A DNA stretch of 63,919 bases, filler included, from Craspedostauros australis (lineage: Eukaryota): NCBI GenBank assembly GCA_030167865.1. It is 7 parts of 7 records of this genome, joined end to end, with 100 filler letters (N's around TTAATTAATTAA, not from the genome) between each part and the next. Parts side by side here need not be neighbours in the genome. Positions count along the whole stretch, not along the records: positions 26,523 to 57,510 come from JALAGF010001743.1; 6 more parts are not named here. One strand, 5' to 3'. Below the pieces are notes generated by a model. It was not told the origin of the DNA, did not search any database, and was given only the letters and a program-made list of their open reading frames with translations. Shown in pieces: positions 32,055 to 43,890 of the stretch. The translations under genes were made by a program, and so were the position numbers. Position 1 is the first letter of the stretch; the number at the start of each line of letters is the position of its first letter.

Positions 32055-32998
32055 ATGTTCTCCCTTCGATCAGCAACGACGGGTGTCGCCGCCGGCTGGA
32101 TGATGATGTGGGTGGTACTCGTAGTTGCGTCCACCATCGCGACGACGAGCGCCCAGGTCGTCGAGCTGACAAGCGCCACATTTGAACATCAGACTCAGGC
32201 GAGCACTGGCCAAACGACGGGAAAATGGTTCGTCAAGGTGCGTCACAAAAGAACATGTGCCGTGTTCTTCTGAAATGGGATCAGTTCACTCGTTACGTGC
32301 GGAGTTGATGGTCATGTCATGTGGCATTCAATGTTGATGGCATGCAGTAACGGCGCCAACTTCAACTCAGCATAGGCACTCACCCAAAGACTTACATCAC
32401 CTTCATTCATACGGCATGAACCAAATCGTGCACTCCACTCTGCTCTCCTCTGCTCCACTATTTTCTGCTGCAGTTCTTCGCGCCATGGTGCGGCCACTGC
32501 AAGCGGTTGGACCCAATCTGGAAAGAGACATCTAGCCAGCTCAAGGAGGACGAGATGTTTGCCGATGCTGGGATCGTGATGGCCAAAGTCGATTGCACAG
32601 AAAGCATGGATGTTTGCAGCCGGTTCGGCGTCACCGGGTACCCAACCCTCAAGTACATTGCGGATGGTCAAGTCTTCACCTACAAAGGACCCAGAGCATC
32701 GGATGACTTGTTGGAATTCGCGATGGAAGGGTACAAGGCAGCGAAGGGTGAACCCGTCCCAGCGCCACCGTCGTGGTTTGAAGAACTCCTCGACTCCAAC
32801 CAATTCGTCAAATCGTTGATCAATGATTTGGACCATATCGTGGAAGTCAGGAAGAATGCTGCGGCGTTGGTGTTCGTGCTTGGCTTGATCTGGGGTGCGT
32901 TGATCACCCTTGGCTTGGGCATTGTCACGAGCGGCAGCAACAGTGCGGGCGCAGGAGGCGACGTCAGCAGCAGCAGCAACAAAAAGAAGGGTGACTAA
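32055..32998 (+). CDS. TMX-like membrane-anchored thioredoxin/PDI; exons 32055-32237, 32474-32998
   Basis: Signal peptide, spliced 'WFVKFFAPWCGHCK', 'GYPTL', C-terminal TM helix and KKxx-like tail 'KKKGD'. Confidence 0.9.
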
Positions 32999-33336
32999 GT
33001 GTCGCGGCACAAACCGTACCATCGAAACTTCCTCGAAGCATTTGTCCTTTGCCATCCTCATTTTTCTCTGAGAGAGAGCGTGAGAGAGTATTGTATTCTT
33101 ATGTAATCGTACAGTGCACTCTACGAGTGCGAATGCACGTACGAGTACCATACGTACGGATGCGTAGGCATGTCTGTTGTTCGGTTTCCTGCTCATCAGT
33201 GTACGAGTACGTCTACCATGCTATTATACTCTCTACAGATAAGCCGACTCACTCAATCAGTCACTGATGTGTCCTGTTGCGGATGTTTCCTTTTATGACG
33301 TTCGCAGCATGCATAATAGGAATGTATGGAATCACC

Positions 33337-34638
33337 TCAAAATTGCGCAGGATCGGAGATAATCATTTCATATAACGATGTGAGAGCCAGCGGGTCGTCA
33401 CCGTACGATTCTTCTGCACAACGCTGGCATGCCAACACCAGTGGTGTGGTCCCACATCGATCAGCCTGATGGACACCGCCGAGGCCCTGTGAGTGCACCA
33501 GGTTTACAAGCGTCCAGTACAACGCCGATGATTCCTCCTTCACCTTGCACGCGAGATGCAGGGGAAGCTGACCCTTCGAATCTTGAATGTACACCACCTT
33601 TGGACATGCCGATATGAGAGCCTTGACGCATGGTACATTGGCTGCATGCCTCTGCAACAAACAATGCAACGGGGTTTGCCCATCATCGTTGCGTTCTGCG
33701 ATGGTGCTCGGTGCAAGCTTTGTGATGAACTCCAACGACTGCTGATTGCATGTTCCTTGGCCATTGCAAATCAGATGCAGCGGTAGATTTCCACCACCAA
33801 AGTCAGTCTGCGCAAGGTCCTTCCATTCCTCGCAGAATCGTTCCAGGACCTTGGGGAGGGAGCAGTACGTTTGAAATAGATCACTGAACTTGTCCGGTCG
33901 ATGCTCCTTGAGGTGCGTCGCGTACTTGACGATGCGGTCGATGAGTTTCGCGACGATCTTCGTGTGCTTGTACGTCAACGCATTCTCCAATGCCAACATG
34001 TTGTAATTGTCCTTCACTGTCAGTGTCGCTTCGTTGCCCAGAAGGAAGGCGTCCAGCGCACGATCCGGAACGGTGCGATGCATGTTACCGCGCGACATGG
34101 CGAGCCAATGCAGCGGCAGGCTGCCGTACTTGTCCTTGTGCAGCAACGCGGCTGGGTTGGCATCGATCAATCGAACGAAGAAACCTGCCGGTGCCATGTA
34201 CGCGATGGCGGCGTAGTGCAACGGAGTTCGTTCGGTCTCGTCGCCAATGTTGGCAACGGACGCATCGCACTGCAGCAGAAAGCGGACGACATCGTCAGCG
34301 ATGGGCGTCGCCATGCATGCGTAATGCAGAGGGTACCGTCGTTCGCAGCCTTGCGTTCGGCATGCCTGATCATTGGCCTTGTGGAGAATCCGAATAACCG
34401 ACAGGGAACAACCCCAACGGCAGGCCGAGTGCAGCGGTAGGTTGCCCAGCGTGTTGCGCTGATGGATGGCATCCGGCCATGCCTGCACGATCCTGCCGAT
34501 TTCGCGTGTCAGGTGCGCATCGTCGCTCCTCAGCTTCCACAGCAAACTTTCCAACGTCGCGTGGGCCGACAGCGTCGCGCTTTCGGCAGTTGGAGAACTC
34601 GTCCTTGGGTTGCCCCGCTTGCGCCAGACTTCTGTCAT
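33337..34638 (-). CDS. Ankyrin-repeat protein
   Basis: Repeated G-x-(L/T)PLH motifs (GNLPLHSAC, RYPLHYAC, RTPLHYAA, GSLPLHWL, GQTPLHCL, GQLPLHLAC). Confidence 0.9.
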   Translation of the reverse strand: MTEVWRKRGNPRTSSPTAESATLSAHATLESLLWKLRSDDAHLTREIGRIVQAWPDAIHQRNTLGNLPLHSACRWGCSLSVIRILHKANDQACRTQGCERRYPLHYACMATPIADDVVRFLLQCDASVANIGDETERTPLHYAAIAYMAPAGFFVRLIDANPAALLHKDKYGSLPLHWLAMSRGNMHRTVPDRALDAFLLGNEATLTVKDNYNMLALENALTYKHTKIVAKLIDRIVKYATHLKEHRPDKFSDLFQTYCSLPKVLERFCEEWKDLAQTDFGGGNLPLHLICNGQGTCNQQSLEFITKLAPSTIAERNDDGQTPLHCLLQRHAANVPCVKALISACPKVVYIQDSKGQLPLHLACKVKEESSALYWTLVNLVHSQGLGGVHQADRCGTTPLVLACQRCAEESYGDDPLALTSLYEMIISDPAQF

Positions 34639-35414
34639 CGTCTCAGAGATTGTCGCACGTGGTGCATACGTAGCTCACTGCACGAGTACTGGTGGAGAGT
34701 GGGAAAGCACTAATGTTCTGTACTTCATAAAGTAGTGTTGTCGATGAAATGGCCGTGCGGACTGATGAACAGAGAGGTGAGATGTGGCCGGGGACAGGAC
34801 CAGGAACGGGCTTTCTGTGCTTGCTGCAAGACGACGAGTAACGCACCTCCTCGTTGCAGTACTTTGCACATACACTCATCGTGGATGATGGACGTTTTGT
34901 GCGCGGAGAACTGGAAAGTCCGTCTTGTTCTTTCATTTTGACATGTTCCGACTTTTCGGTTCTGTGGGAGAACAGGAAGAAACGAGGGTGGCGAGCATTG
35001 TTTTTGACACCAACACGCGTGGGTGTCACGATCCAACGAAGACAATGATTGGCTGTTTGCCGAACAAATACGCAAGGCGCCTCGTGACCAACATTAGCGT
35101 GATGTTAGTCTCTCTCTCTCTCTCTCGAGATAGAGAATTCTTGACTCTAACAGCTGCGAGCTACGCTACTTCGCACCATGTTGAATCGCCATGCTTCATG
35201 AGTAATGGGCACTACTTGATGTGTGTGTATGGTAACCTACATGAGTAGAGTATCGTATTGTTGAGCATGTTAAGGCACACCAGAGTGAGGATGAGTGTGG
35301 CATGGTAAGCGTCCACCGTGTCGCAGAGATCGTTTCGAAAGTTCTTGCAAGCACTCGTTCCATGCGTGTTTGGTATGTGTGCATGTGCCGCCATCGTACG
35401 AGCATGCTCCCGCT

Positions 35415-37196
35415 CTAGTTCCACACGCAGTCGCAGTCATATCCTTCGGGGAAGATATTGCTGAAGTACTTGCACGAATCTTCCATGTCCTCGTCCGTTT
35501 CGGTGTAGTTCAGGAGCAGGTAGGTGATGGCGTAGCCGTATCCCAGCAGCAGGAAGAGACCCAGCATGATCCCCCACATGAAGCGCACGCACAGGTTCTC
35601 GATGGGCCTGCAGAAGAGGAACATGCCGACGAGGAAGCCAACACACATGGACCCCATGTTGCCCGAAAAGTCGACGAAGGTGAGGAAGCTCATCACGAGG
35701 AGCATCGCGATGGAGCATGTCAGGTTGCCCAGCTGTTCCAGACCGACGTCTTCCAAATTCGTCGCCCTTTCATCCATGTCGAAGCAGGTCCAGCTCAGCA
35801 CTTGAGCGAACTTGGCACCGAACACCCCGAGCAACGGCCCCGAGCTGCAGACGGCGATTGTGTCAGGATCGAACACGCACGACGTGGCAACACCTGCGAT
35901 GCCGGACACAAAGAAGACGATGAGGAAGCTCGGCGTTCCCCACTCCCTCTCGTACCGGTACGCCGTCTCCAATGTGCAGTACGCATTGATGATGAGGTGG
36001 ATGACGCCGACGTTGAGGAACAGGGATGTGACGAGGCGGTAGTGCTGGCTGTCCACCAGCAGGAGATACGGGTTCTTGCCGCCCCATTCGCTAAAGACAT
36101 CGGGGAATGGCCCGACGAGCATGTTCTTGTCGAGCGTGGCCACGCCGCACATGAGGAGCTGAGTGAGGAGGATCATGAATTGTATCGCCGTGAACGCGAT
36201 GCACCACCACGCGACACGCTGCTTCTTAGGGTCGTAGTACATGGAATCGGCGGCACTCCATATCGATACGCTCGGAGCGTAGGAACGGCTTTGCTCCGAG
36301 TCGTACGTTGTGGCGCCGACAGACATGACGTCACGCTCGTGCTCCCGATCGCGTCGTCCGCGTCGCGTCCGTGTGGGTGGCACCAACCTGCCCTCGCCCT
36401 CGCCGGTGTAGCGCGAGTACGACGTCTCGGCGACGCTCATTGCGGATTGCTCAAAGCTGGCGTAGGTTTCGTCGTCGCCCCCACCGCCCTGCGTGGACTC
36501 GTCGCAGACTGAGTGCGCGTCGATGGTGCGTTTGTTGCGCATCGATGGCGGCTGGATGGTCTTGCGACCTGATCTGGATTGTTCCGCATACGATGTTCGT
36601 GACGCCGCCGTTTGGGCGTCGTTGTTCTTTCCGCTGAGCACCGAGTCGCTCATCGTTTCCAGGTATGTCGGCATGCGGTACTTGTCCTCGGACTCCGTCT
36701 GTTGCGGCGGCTTCTCCGTCATGATCTCATCTATCGTGTCCGTGCTTTGCACTGGCTGTGGTGGCATGTACGCACCGCCCGCCTTGTACTGATCGCTGCT
36801 GCCGACTTGCGCGCTCGAAGTCTTTCGTCTCGACGTCGATTCTCCACCCGCGTATCCCGACGTCAGAGGGTCGGCGGAAGCGTTGGTGTTGCCGCTGTTG
36901 GTGGCCTTTACTTTGGCCCTGCCCGTCGATGCGCGCGGCGGGTCGGGCCTTTTGTTTGCATCGGCTGTTCGGTTGCCTTGTTCTGGATCAGACATGATCG
37001 TCGCCTGCTGCTGCTGCTGCTGTGGTTGTTGGCTTGGATTCGATGTCTGTTCCGTCGCGGCGAAGTACGGCGTCGATGGAACGTTTGCTGTGTTGGTCGG
37101 TGATGCGCCCAACTGGCTCTTCGTTGGTGAACCCTGCCTGGAGTCTTTGCTTCTGGCTTTCTTCAAGAACGATGAAAACCCTTTCCTCGATGGCAT
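35415..37196 (-). CDS. Rhomboid-family membrane protein, predicted inactive
   Basis: Long disordered N-terminus; 'NMLVGP', 'YRLVTSLFLNVGVIHLIIN', 'EREWG', 'AVCSSGP', 'DFSGNMGS'; about 7 TM helices. Confidence 0.82.
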   Translation of the reverse strand: MPSRKGFSSFLKKARSKDSRQGSPTKSQLGASPTNTANVPSTPYFAATEQTSNPSQQPQQQQQQATIMSDPEQGNRTADANKRPDPPRASTGRAKVKATNSGNTNASADPLTSGYAGGESTSRRKTSSAQVGSSDQYKAGGAYMPPQPVQSTDTIDEIMTEKPPQQTESEDKYRMPTYLETMSDSVLSGKNNDAQTAASRTSYAEQSRSGRKTIQPPSMRNKRTIDAHSVCDESTQGGGGDDETYASFEQSAMSVAETSYSRYTGEGEGRLVPPTRTRRGRRDREHERDVMSVGATTYDSEQSRSYAPSVSIWSAADSMYYDPKKQRVAWWCIAFTAIQFMILLTQLLMCGVATLDKNMLVGPFPDVFSEWGGKNPYLLLVDSQHYRLVTSLFLNVGVIHLIINAYCTLETAYRYEREWGTPSFLIVFFVSGIAGVATSCVFDPDTIAVCSSGPLLGVFGAKFAQVLSWTCFDMDERATNLEDVGLEQLGNLTCSIAMLLVMSFLTFVDFSGNMGSMCVGFLVGMFLFCRPIENLCVRFMWGIMLGLFLLLGYGYAITYLLLNYTETDEDMEDSCKYFSNIFPEGYDCDCVWN

Positions 37197-38665
37197 GCTT
37201 TTCTACAAACACCAATTATTATAGAATACTTGAGCAACAGCACTGCACTGCACTGAACTGCACCGCACTCCAGCTTCCACGTTCCACAGAAATGGAGCGA
37301 GGCAATGCCAACCGAATTCGAATTCGAATTCAAATGAAGACGAGCGGAGGGCGAGATAGAGAGAGGAGTGGACTGGTTCCCAGTGCTATCGTTTGTTGTC
37401 CGGTGCCTTGATGATTGCTGGCGATTGATCGCTGATCGTTGATCTCTGAGCGTTGGTTTAGCCTGGACTCCTCACCACGTCGCTTCTCCAAAGAATCGAT
37501 CGGCAGGTGTTGCAAGTTGTTGTTGTTGTTGTTGCTGCTACTCGTGTTCCCGTTCGATTGGCGCGGTTGCTTGTCGCAGGGTCGATTTGCGTTTGGTTGG
37601 AGATAAGCAACGCGTATTGGCAGAGTCTGGCCCAGTTGAGCTGAGCTGAGTTGAGCAGCCAGGGCTTGGTGTTGATGGTCTGTTGGTGACGATGACGGAG
37701 AGAGTGATAGGACTGCTGGTGAAGCAGAGGCTGTTTGACTGCTCTATCCGATTTGATTCTTTCAACCCACAGTCGATGTCTGTCGGAGTGGAACAAGCTC
37801 GACGAACGAAACGAAGGGCATAGAGAGACAGAGGAGGATGAGGATGAGAGTGAGGATGGGGACGAACGTGAACGTGAACGCAACGTTTTCCGTTCGCTTC
37901 CGTTCAAGTCGGAGTAGGACTACTGATGATCCGGAGGTGCTCGTTGGGTGGGTACATCTGCGTGCGTTCTCCTCAAAATTTTGCGTTGGTGACTCGTGGA
38001 CTTTGGTGGTGGACTGCGACGAACTGGCGAAAATCGCCACAAACACGGAACTACAACAACAACGTGAGACCATCACGACACACATGGAATAGAGCCGTTG
38101 GAGTTGTTACGAACGGTCGCCATACGTTAACGAACCTAATTAAACATCCATCTTTGAATACAACTCAATGATATCACTCCATGAAATTTATCGCACATAG
38201 TGCGCTGCACTTGAGCATTGGTCGCTCCACGAAAGTTCTATGGTCTGGCGGCACAATCGAACAATACGAACACAGAGTGAAATTCCAAATTCCCTTCTCA
38301 TGAACGATCCAGAGTCCCATGAAACCGGCAGTGCGACATGACCGATGTCACCGACAAGAATGTTCCATTCAGTTCGCTCGGCGTGAATGCGAAGAACAAG
38401 GATGCGGTCTGGAACACAAAAGAAGATGATCTGGAACAAACTTGTCCAACGTGCGCAGCCAGCTCGGAGAGTCAACAAGCCGCTCTGGCATTCCAACCCA
38501 GAGGTTGCACCCGCACGCACAAGCATGCCTGCGAGCACTCGCGCCAAACGAGCTACGAATAGGCAACATTACAACGACGACTGAAGAAAGAGTGTAACCA
38601 TATCACGCCGTGTCGTACTTCTGCATAGCGTAGTCTCGGCAGAGCACTCGTATTGACAAAGGCCC

Positions 38666-39706
38666 ATGCTGGGTTGGAACGCAACATGGCTCATAATCAG
38701 CATCAGCATCGCATCAACATCAGCAACATCAGCATCATCCGCACCACAGTCCACGCTCGCAGAATCCCAGCAGACGAACAGCTGTGACAGTCGTGACAGC
38801 TGTGATAGTTGCAACACCACGACATCAGCAGATCGAACCGAAAGCTGCATCAACGCAGAAGCAATGAAGTACCCCACGGTCTTTGTCAATCACGGCGGCG
38901 GCCCGATGCCGCTGCTGGGACGGCAGCCCAACCTCGTGTCTCACATGAAGGAGCTGGTCCACAGCCGGCTCCCCTCCAAGCCGAAAGCGATCATCTTGCT
39001 GAGCGCGCACTGGGAGGCAGATCCTGTTGAGATCACATCCTCGCCCAAACCGCCCATGCTGTTTGATTACTACGGCTTCCCACCCGAAACATACGAGTAC
39101 AACTACGCCGCACCTGGCTCACCCGATCTGGCCCAGCGCATCAAAACGGCATTGCAGGACACTGCGGGAATTCCCAGCAAGCTGAATCCATCCCGCGGGT
39201 ACGATCACGGTGTCTTCGTGCCTCTCATGACCATGTTCCCCGATGCCGACATCCCCGTCGTGTGCGTCTCCATGCATTCCTCGTTAGATGCGGGCATCAA
39301 CATGTCCATCGGACGGGCCTTGCAGCAATTCAGAGAGGAAGGCACGCTGATTGTGGGATCGGGACAAACCTTCCACAACATGCGCGCCATGTTCAATCCA
39401 TCACAAGAATCCGCCCAAGCATCGAATGACTTCAACGGATGGCTCAAGGAGACCTTGCTGGGTGAGAGCAAGGTGTCGCAGAGCGCCTTGGACAAGCTTG
39501 CCGAGTGGGATAAGTTGGGACCCGGAGCACGCTTGTGTCATCCGCGGGAGGAGCATCTCATACCACTGTTCATGGCGGCGGCAGCGGCGGGTGCAGATTC
39601 CGTTGCAGAATTGGTGATGGACACCACGACAACGGCGAAGGAAGGTGGCCATAATCTTGCTGGCGGTCCCGACAGTCACGCGTTGACTGGATACGTATTT
39701 AACTGA
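38666..39706 (+). CDS. 4,5-DOPA dioxygenase / LigB-like extradiol ring-cleavage dioxygenase (core starts at ATG 38864)
   Basis: 'FVNHGGGP', 'SAHWE', 'DYYGFP', 'RGYDHG', 'GSGQTFHN', 'HPREEHLIPL'. Confidence 0.9.
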   Translation: MLGWNATWLIISISIASTSATSASSAPQSTLAESQQTNSCDSRDSCDSCNTTTSADRTESCINAEAMKYPTVFVNHGGGPMPLLGRQPNLVSHMKELVHSRLPSKPKAIILLSAHWEADPVEITSSPKPPMLFDYYGFPPETYEYNYAAPGSPDLAQRIKTALQDTAGIPSKLNPSRGYDHGVFVPLMTMFPDADIPVVCVSMHSSLDAGINMSIGRALQQFREEGTLIVGSGQTFHNMRAMFNPSQESAQASNDFNGWLKETLLGESKVSQSALDKLAEWDKLGPGARLCHPREEHLIPLFMAAAAAGADSVAELVMDTTTTAKEGGHNLAGGPDSHALTGYVFN

Positions 39707-40519
39707 TCATTCTCTCGAGCAGAGAAGATTATTAGTTGTATCGGACAGCTGTACACACAGTCACACCCCACTCTCTCGCAAAATGGCACTGCCTGCAGTT
39801 TCATCAAGACCACGGATGGCAACGCATGTCGCTCTCGCTTCTGGTACTCCGGTGTTTGCGGCGACACGCACCTCGTATGCCAGGAAATGTTGACAACGGT
39901 ATGACGGCCTTTGTGGGCAATGGAGGAGACGCATTTGCGTCACATACGCGTACTCGTAGAGTGGTCCCTCCGACTGCTCCAGATTGCAATGGCAGTGCAA
40001 ATATGTATGCGGCTGCTGTGAAGAGACCTGTTGTGCGCGGCAAGCAGGGAAGGCGTGCGAATACATGCAGTCCTCTGCACCTTTAGCCGTCGATTGAGTT
40101 GACTGCTGACAGTGAATGTGTCGATGCGAGTGCTCTCTCAAGCGACGACGTGTGCCACACAGGTAGCTGCCACTTCATTCATGCAGCGTAATGGGAGGAT
40201 CGGTATCATTGCTCTCGCATATTCCAACTTCACTCCTATTATACCATACATACAACGTGATGAAGGGGCAACAAGTGCGCGTGTGACTGCGAATGCTATT
40301 GCTTTTTAATTCGACGAAGCTATTACGGTTGATGAAGTGACTCAACTCTCAGACATAAGTATACCACACCACACCACACCACACCATGCCAGACCTTGTG
40401 GCAGGGTACGGCATTTTGTTTGTGTGCTAGCAGCTCGTATGTGCGTGCTACATTGATTGATCAATTGATTGATTGGCTGGACTGCTCATGCGTTCGTTGA
40501 ACAGTATACGTAGGACTGT

Positions 40520-41317
40520 TTACATGACGATGCAGCACCCGTCGCCTGAGTCGCTGGCGCCTCCGGCTCGTCGCTTCTTGTAGGAGCGCTTGTATTCGTT
40601 GAGGTATTGGAGCTGCTTGCCGTTGATCGCGCCCTTGCGCTGCTTGCGGATCATAGTGACAGCGTCCACCGCGTCGATGTTGGCGAATTCGATCATGGCG
40701 AGCGTGACGAGCTGTGGCGCGCGGCCCAACCCGGCGACGCAGTGGATGGCAATGCACGGGAGGGAGGAGCTGTTGGCGCCGTTGGCACTGGCAGCGTTGC
40801 CCATGAAGAATGTGTCATCCACCAGCTCGAGCCATCGCTGGATGATCTCTGCTGGCGGGGAATGGCCGTCCGCGTACTCCATGTCGAAGACCTGGATTCC
40901 TGCCTTTTCCAACGGGGCGGTTTCGTACGATTTCTCGCATGCTCGCACGACCGCCGTGACGGAGTGGTTGCGCATCTCCTTGATGTAGAGGTGCAGGTTG
41001 TTCTGGCGCGGTCTGTCCATGATGAGGAACTTCATGTCACCGCGGTTGGTGGGCACGAGGAGGAGAGTTGGCTTTGTGGCCATGTAGCCGGTGTCGCCGC
41101 CGACGTTGACACCGTTGGCGACGCCGTTGTGCGGACCCGTCATCCTGAACTGTCCCGTCGATCGCTTTCGACTCGCAGTGCTGCCGGCGCCCAGGCTGGC
41201 GTTGCTGTTGCTTCGTGAGAAGGATGAAGCCTTTGTCCCTGGATCCTTCAACGGCACGAGGCGCAGCTGTTTTGGTTGCTCAACTCCGTCTGAGTTCATG
41301 TGGTATGCCTTCGTCAT
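40520..41317 (-). CDS. PRL/PTP4A-type prenylated protein tyrosine phosphatase
   Basis: 'KFLIMDRP', 'VVRACE', P-loop 'HCVAGLGR', 'RKGAIN.KQ', C-terminal CaaX 'CCIVM'. Confidence 0.92.
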   Translation of the reverse strand: MTKAYHMNSDGVEQPKQLRLVPLKDPGTKASSFSRSNSNASLGAGSTASRKRSTGQFRMTGPHNGVANGVNVGGDTGYMATKPTLLLVPTNRGDMKFLIMDRPRQNNLHLYIKEMRNHSVTAVVRACEKSYETAPLEKAGIQVFDMEYADGHSPPAEIIQRWLELVDDTFFMGNAASANGANSSSLPCIAIHCVAGLGRAPQLVTLAMIEFANIDAVDAVTMIRKQRKGAINGKQLQYLNEYKRSYKKRRAGGASDSGDGCCIVM

Positions 41318-43890
41318 TCAGATGAAAATCAGACTTGTTGTATGCACAGCGTAGGTGCACGTTCGACAATGTGTGATCGTCGCCGTTCTGTTCTGTTGCT
41401 TCTGCTCGCTGCTGATTGTTTGCGAGTTTGTGGAGTGTTCCAGGAAATGAATGAATATCTGTTCGGGGAGTATGATAGAGTCCGAGTATGTGTGATGGGG
41501 GTTGGTACGACTGGAAGGTTTGCGGGTCGAAGCGAAATGAGATGCGATGGCGAAGTATTGGTATTGACGACTTCCCAAACGTGCCAATGCAGTGATTCAC
41601 CTCTGTTGCTGTTTCCTGACAGGAGTTGCAGTCGCAGTGGCGGTTGTGGCTGCAGCGGCAGTTGCAGATGCGTCTGTGGTGGCGACGTTGGCTTCGATTT
41701 GTGGTCGAAGTCAAGGCTACGTTCTTCTCTTTTCTCCCTGCACGTCCTTCTTTGTGTTTGAGTCAAACGCTGATGACGCAGGTGTGATGGGTTGTTGCTG
41801 AGAGGACGATGGAGCCGTTCCGAGGCAAAGGCAATTGAATTGGTTGGCTGGCCGATTGGGCGGCTGGCGGGTGAGGGGCGATCAGGTCCAGGAACGAGTG
41901 CAAGATTGTTCTGATTTGTTCGTCTTGTCCGTGGCAGAACCTCAGCGCATGCGGTTGTGTGAGACGAGGAGGATGTTTGCAGAAGCTGCTGTGGGGGCTT
42001 GTGAAATCATTCAGATCGTGATGCGGAATGAGCAGATGGTGTTCCAAATGGATGGTTGCGTGGTACAGGTAGGATTACGAGTCCGCGATGAGGTGCTGTG
42101 CTCTCTGTGCTGTACTCGGACGGTGCTGTGCTGCAGTTCGACTTCGGGGAACGAGATGCAAGGGCGACAAATCGCAGTCGTGTTCTTTGTTCCGCGTGGT
42201 TGGATTGCGTCGAATCAGATGGAGGTCTGCGCGCAGTCGTCTTGTGCTGCGCTACGTTGTGCTGTGTTGTTCCACGTTTGCCCGTTCGCCTGTTTTTCAG
42301 TTGGGTGGGTTCTCGTTTCCAAAGGTTCTGCTGCTGTATTGTGTCCAAGTGTGCATCAGAACTGTTGTGATTGGATTGCCAATGATGTGCTGTGTTGTGC
42401 CGGTCTCTCACTCTGTCGAAAGTGACTTGAACTTGAGCTCGAACTTGTCCTGACCTGACCTCCGGCGTTGGCTTGTAATCTTGTGGAGTACTTCTGTTAG
42501 CACTTGTAGTTGTAGTTGCAGCTGCGATTGCGGTTGCGATTGCTCTGGTGTGGGTTGATTCCCCTGAAGCTGGACTTGCTGATGCAGGCCGATGTGCTGA
42601 ACGGAGCTGGAATTGTTGTTGAACTTGTTGGAATTGAATGCGGTGCTGACGGGCGTGTTCTATTAGTCAGGCTTCGAACTGGCAGCACAAAGACAACAGA
42701 GCTGGAAGCGTTGCTGTTGCCGTTGTCGGAGATCCCCGCTGCTCAAGGGCTTGTGCGATTGCTGCGCTGGGTTGGCTATGTTGACTGTCTTCGCTGTGTA
42801 CGCAATGTTAGCCGCCTCAGCTGTTCTGCACGTGCGATGCGATACTCGTAATGGAAATCGCGACAGTGCGTTTGTTGTGGCAATGGCAATATCGATAGCA
42901 ATATCAATACGACTGTGCGATGCGATGTAATGCAATGCGATGCAATTGCTTTCCTCTGTAGTTATGCTTGTGTGATCGGTTGGTCAATCGCCTGATGGAT
43001 CGATGGATTAATGGATCAATCAGTCGAGGTTGGTGCAAATGGAGAAGGTTGTTGCAAATTGGCAATGGTGTGTGGATGAGGTATGACCAAGGCACCATGG
43101 GAACTGCGACCTTCGAGACCCTATCGCGTCGTGTCGTGTCGTGGTGATGTTGTCGTCTCTCTCTGCCTTCGTTTTGTGCAGAAATCACGCACACCAACAC
43201 GAACACGCGCTCTCATCCCAGAAACAGGTGACAACTTCCGCGACGTGTTGTGCAGCTGTCGTCTTCCTGCGACACACACAAACACACAGACGCGGCACTC
43301 CCTCTGTCTGGTTTTTCGTCTTTTCGGGTGCCCTTGGCTGGCGTGGCGCCTGATTGGCTCTCTTGGTTGACCGCATTCCTCCACGCAACTTCTGCACATG
43401 TTCTGATTGGCCGAACTTGATCAGACGAATCGGAAAGCAAGTTCTCTTCCTTCGCGGACAAATATCCATGACTCGTTTCACCTTCATTCCGGCAAATGGA
43501 TGCTCGGCTCACTTTTTGCAATTTCATTCCTCCAACCAAACAGCATCCACCGATTTGTACGACCTGTGGAGAGTTCGGCACTTGCTCTGCTCTTTGTATT
43601 CTCTCTCTTTCTCCCTCTCTATTCATCCATCGATCTATCCATCTCCAGGGAGATGCATGTTGGAGATGCCAGCGCAGTATAGTATGTTTATGGCGTGAAG
43701 CATTGAAGCGCATGGAGCACGAGTGCGAGTAAGGGATGTGTTGATTGTTTTTCTCGTGCTCTATGAGTCATTCCATCCAGCGTACTCCATTGAGGATCAC
43801 GATGCTGGAAACGTTTGGATACTATTGTGGGACTATCACAAGTATGTAGCTATTGCATGTTTGTTCCGCCATGTTGGCTTGTTCACAACA

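Noticed and set aside
13052..39706. Possible oxylipin gene cluster (LOX + patatin lipase + dioxygenase)
   Set aside because: LOX and the lipase are on different contigs separated by spacers and unrelated housekeeping genes; linkage and co-function are unsupported.
41318..43890. Many short ORFs and simple repeats upstream of the PRL gene
   Set aside because: Microsatellite-rich UTR/intergenic composition; no coding signature.
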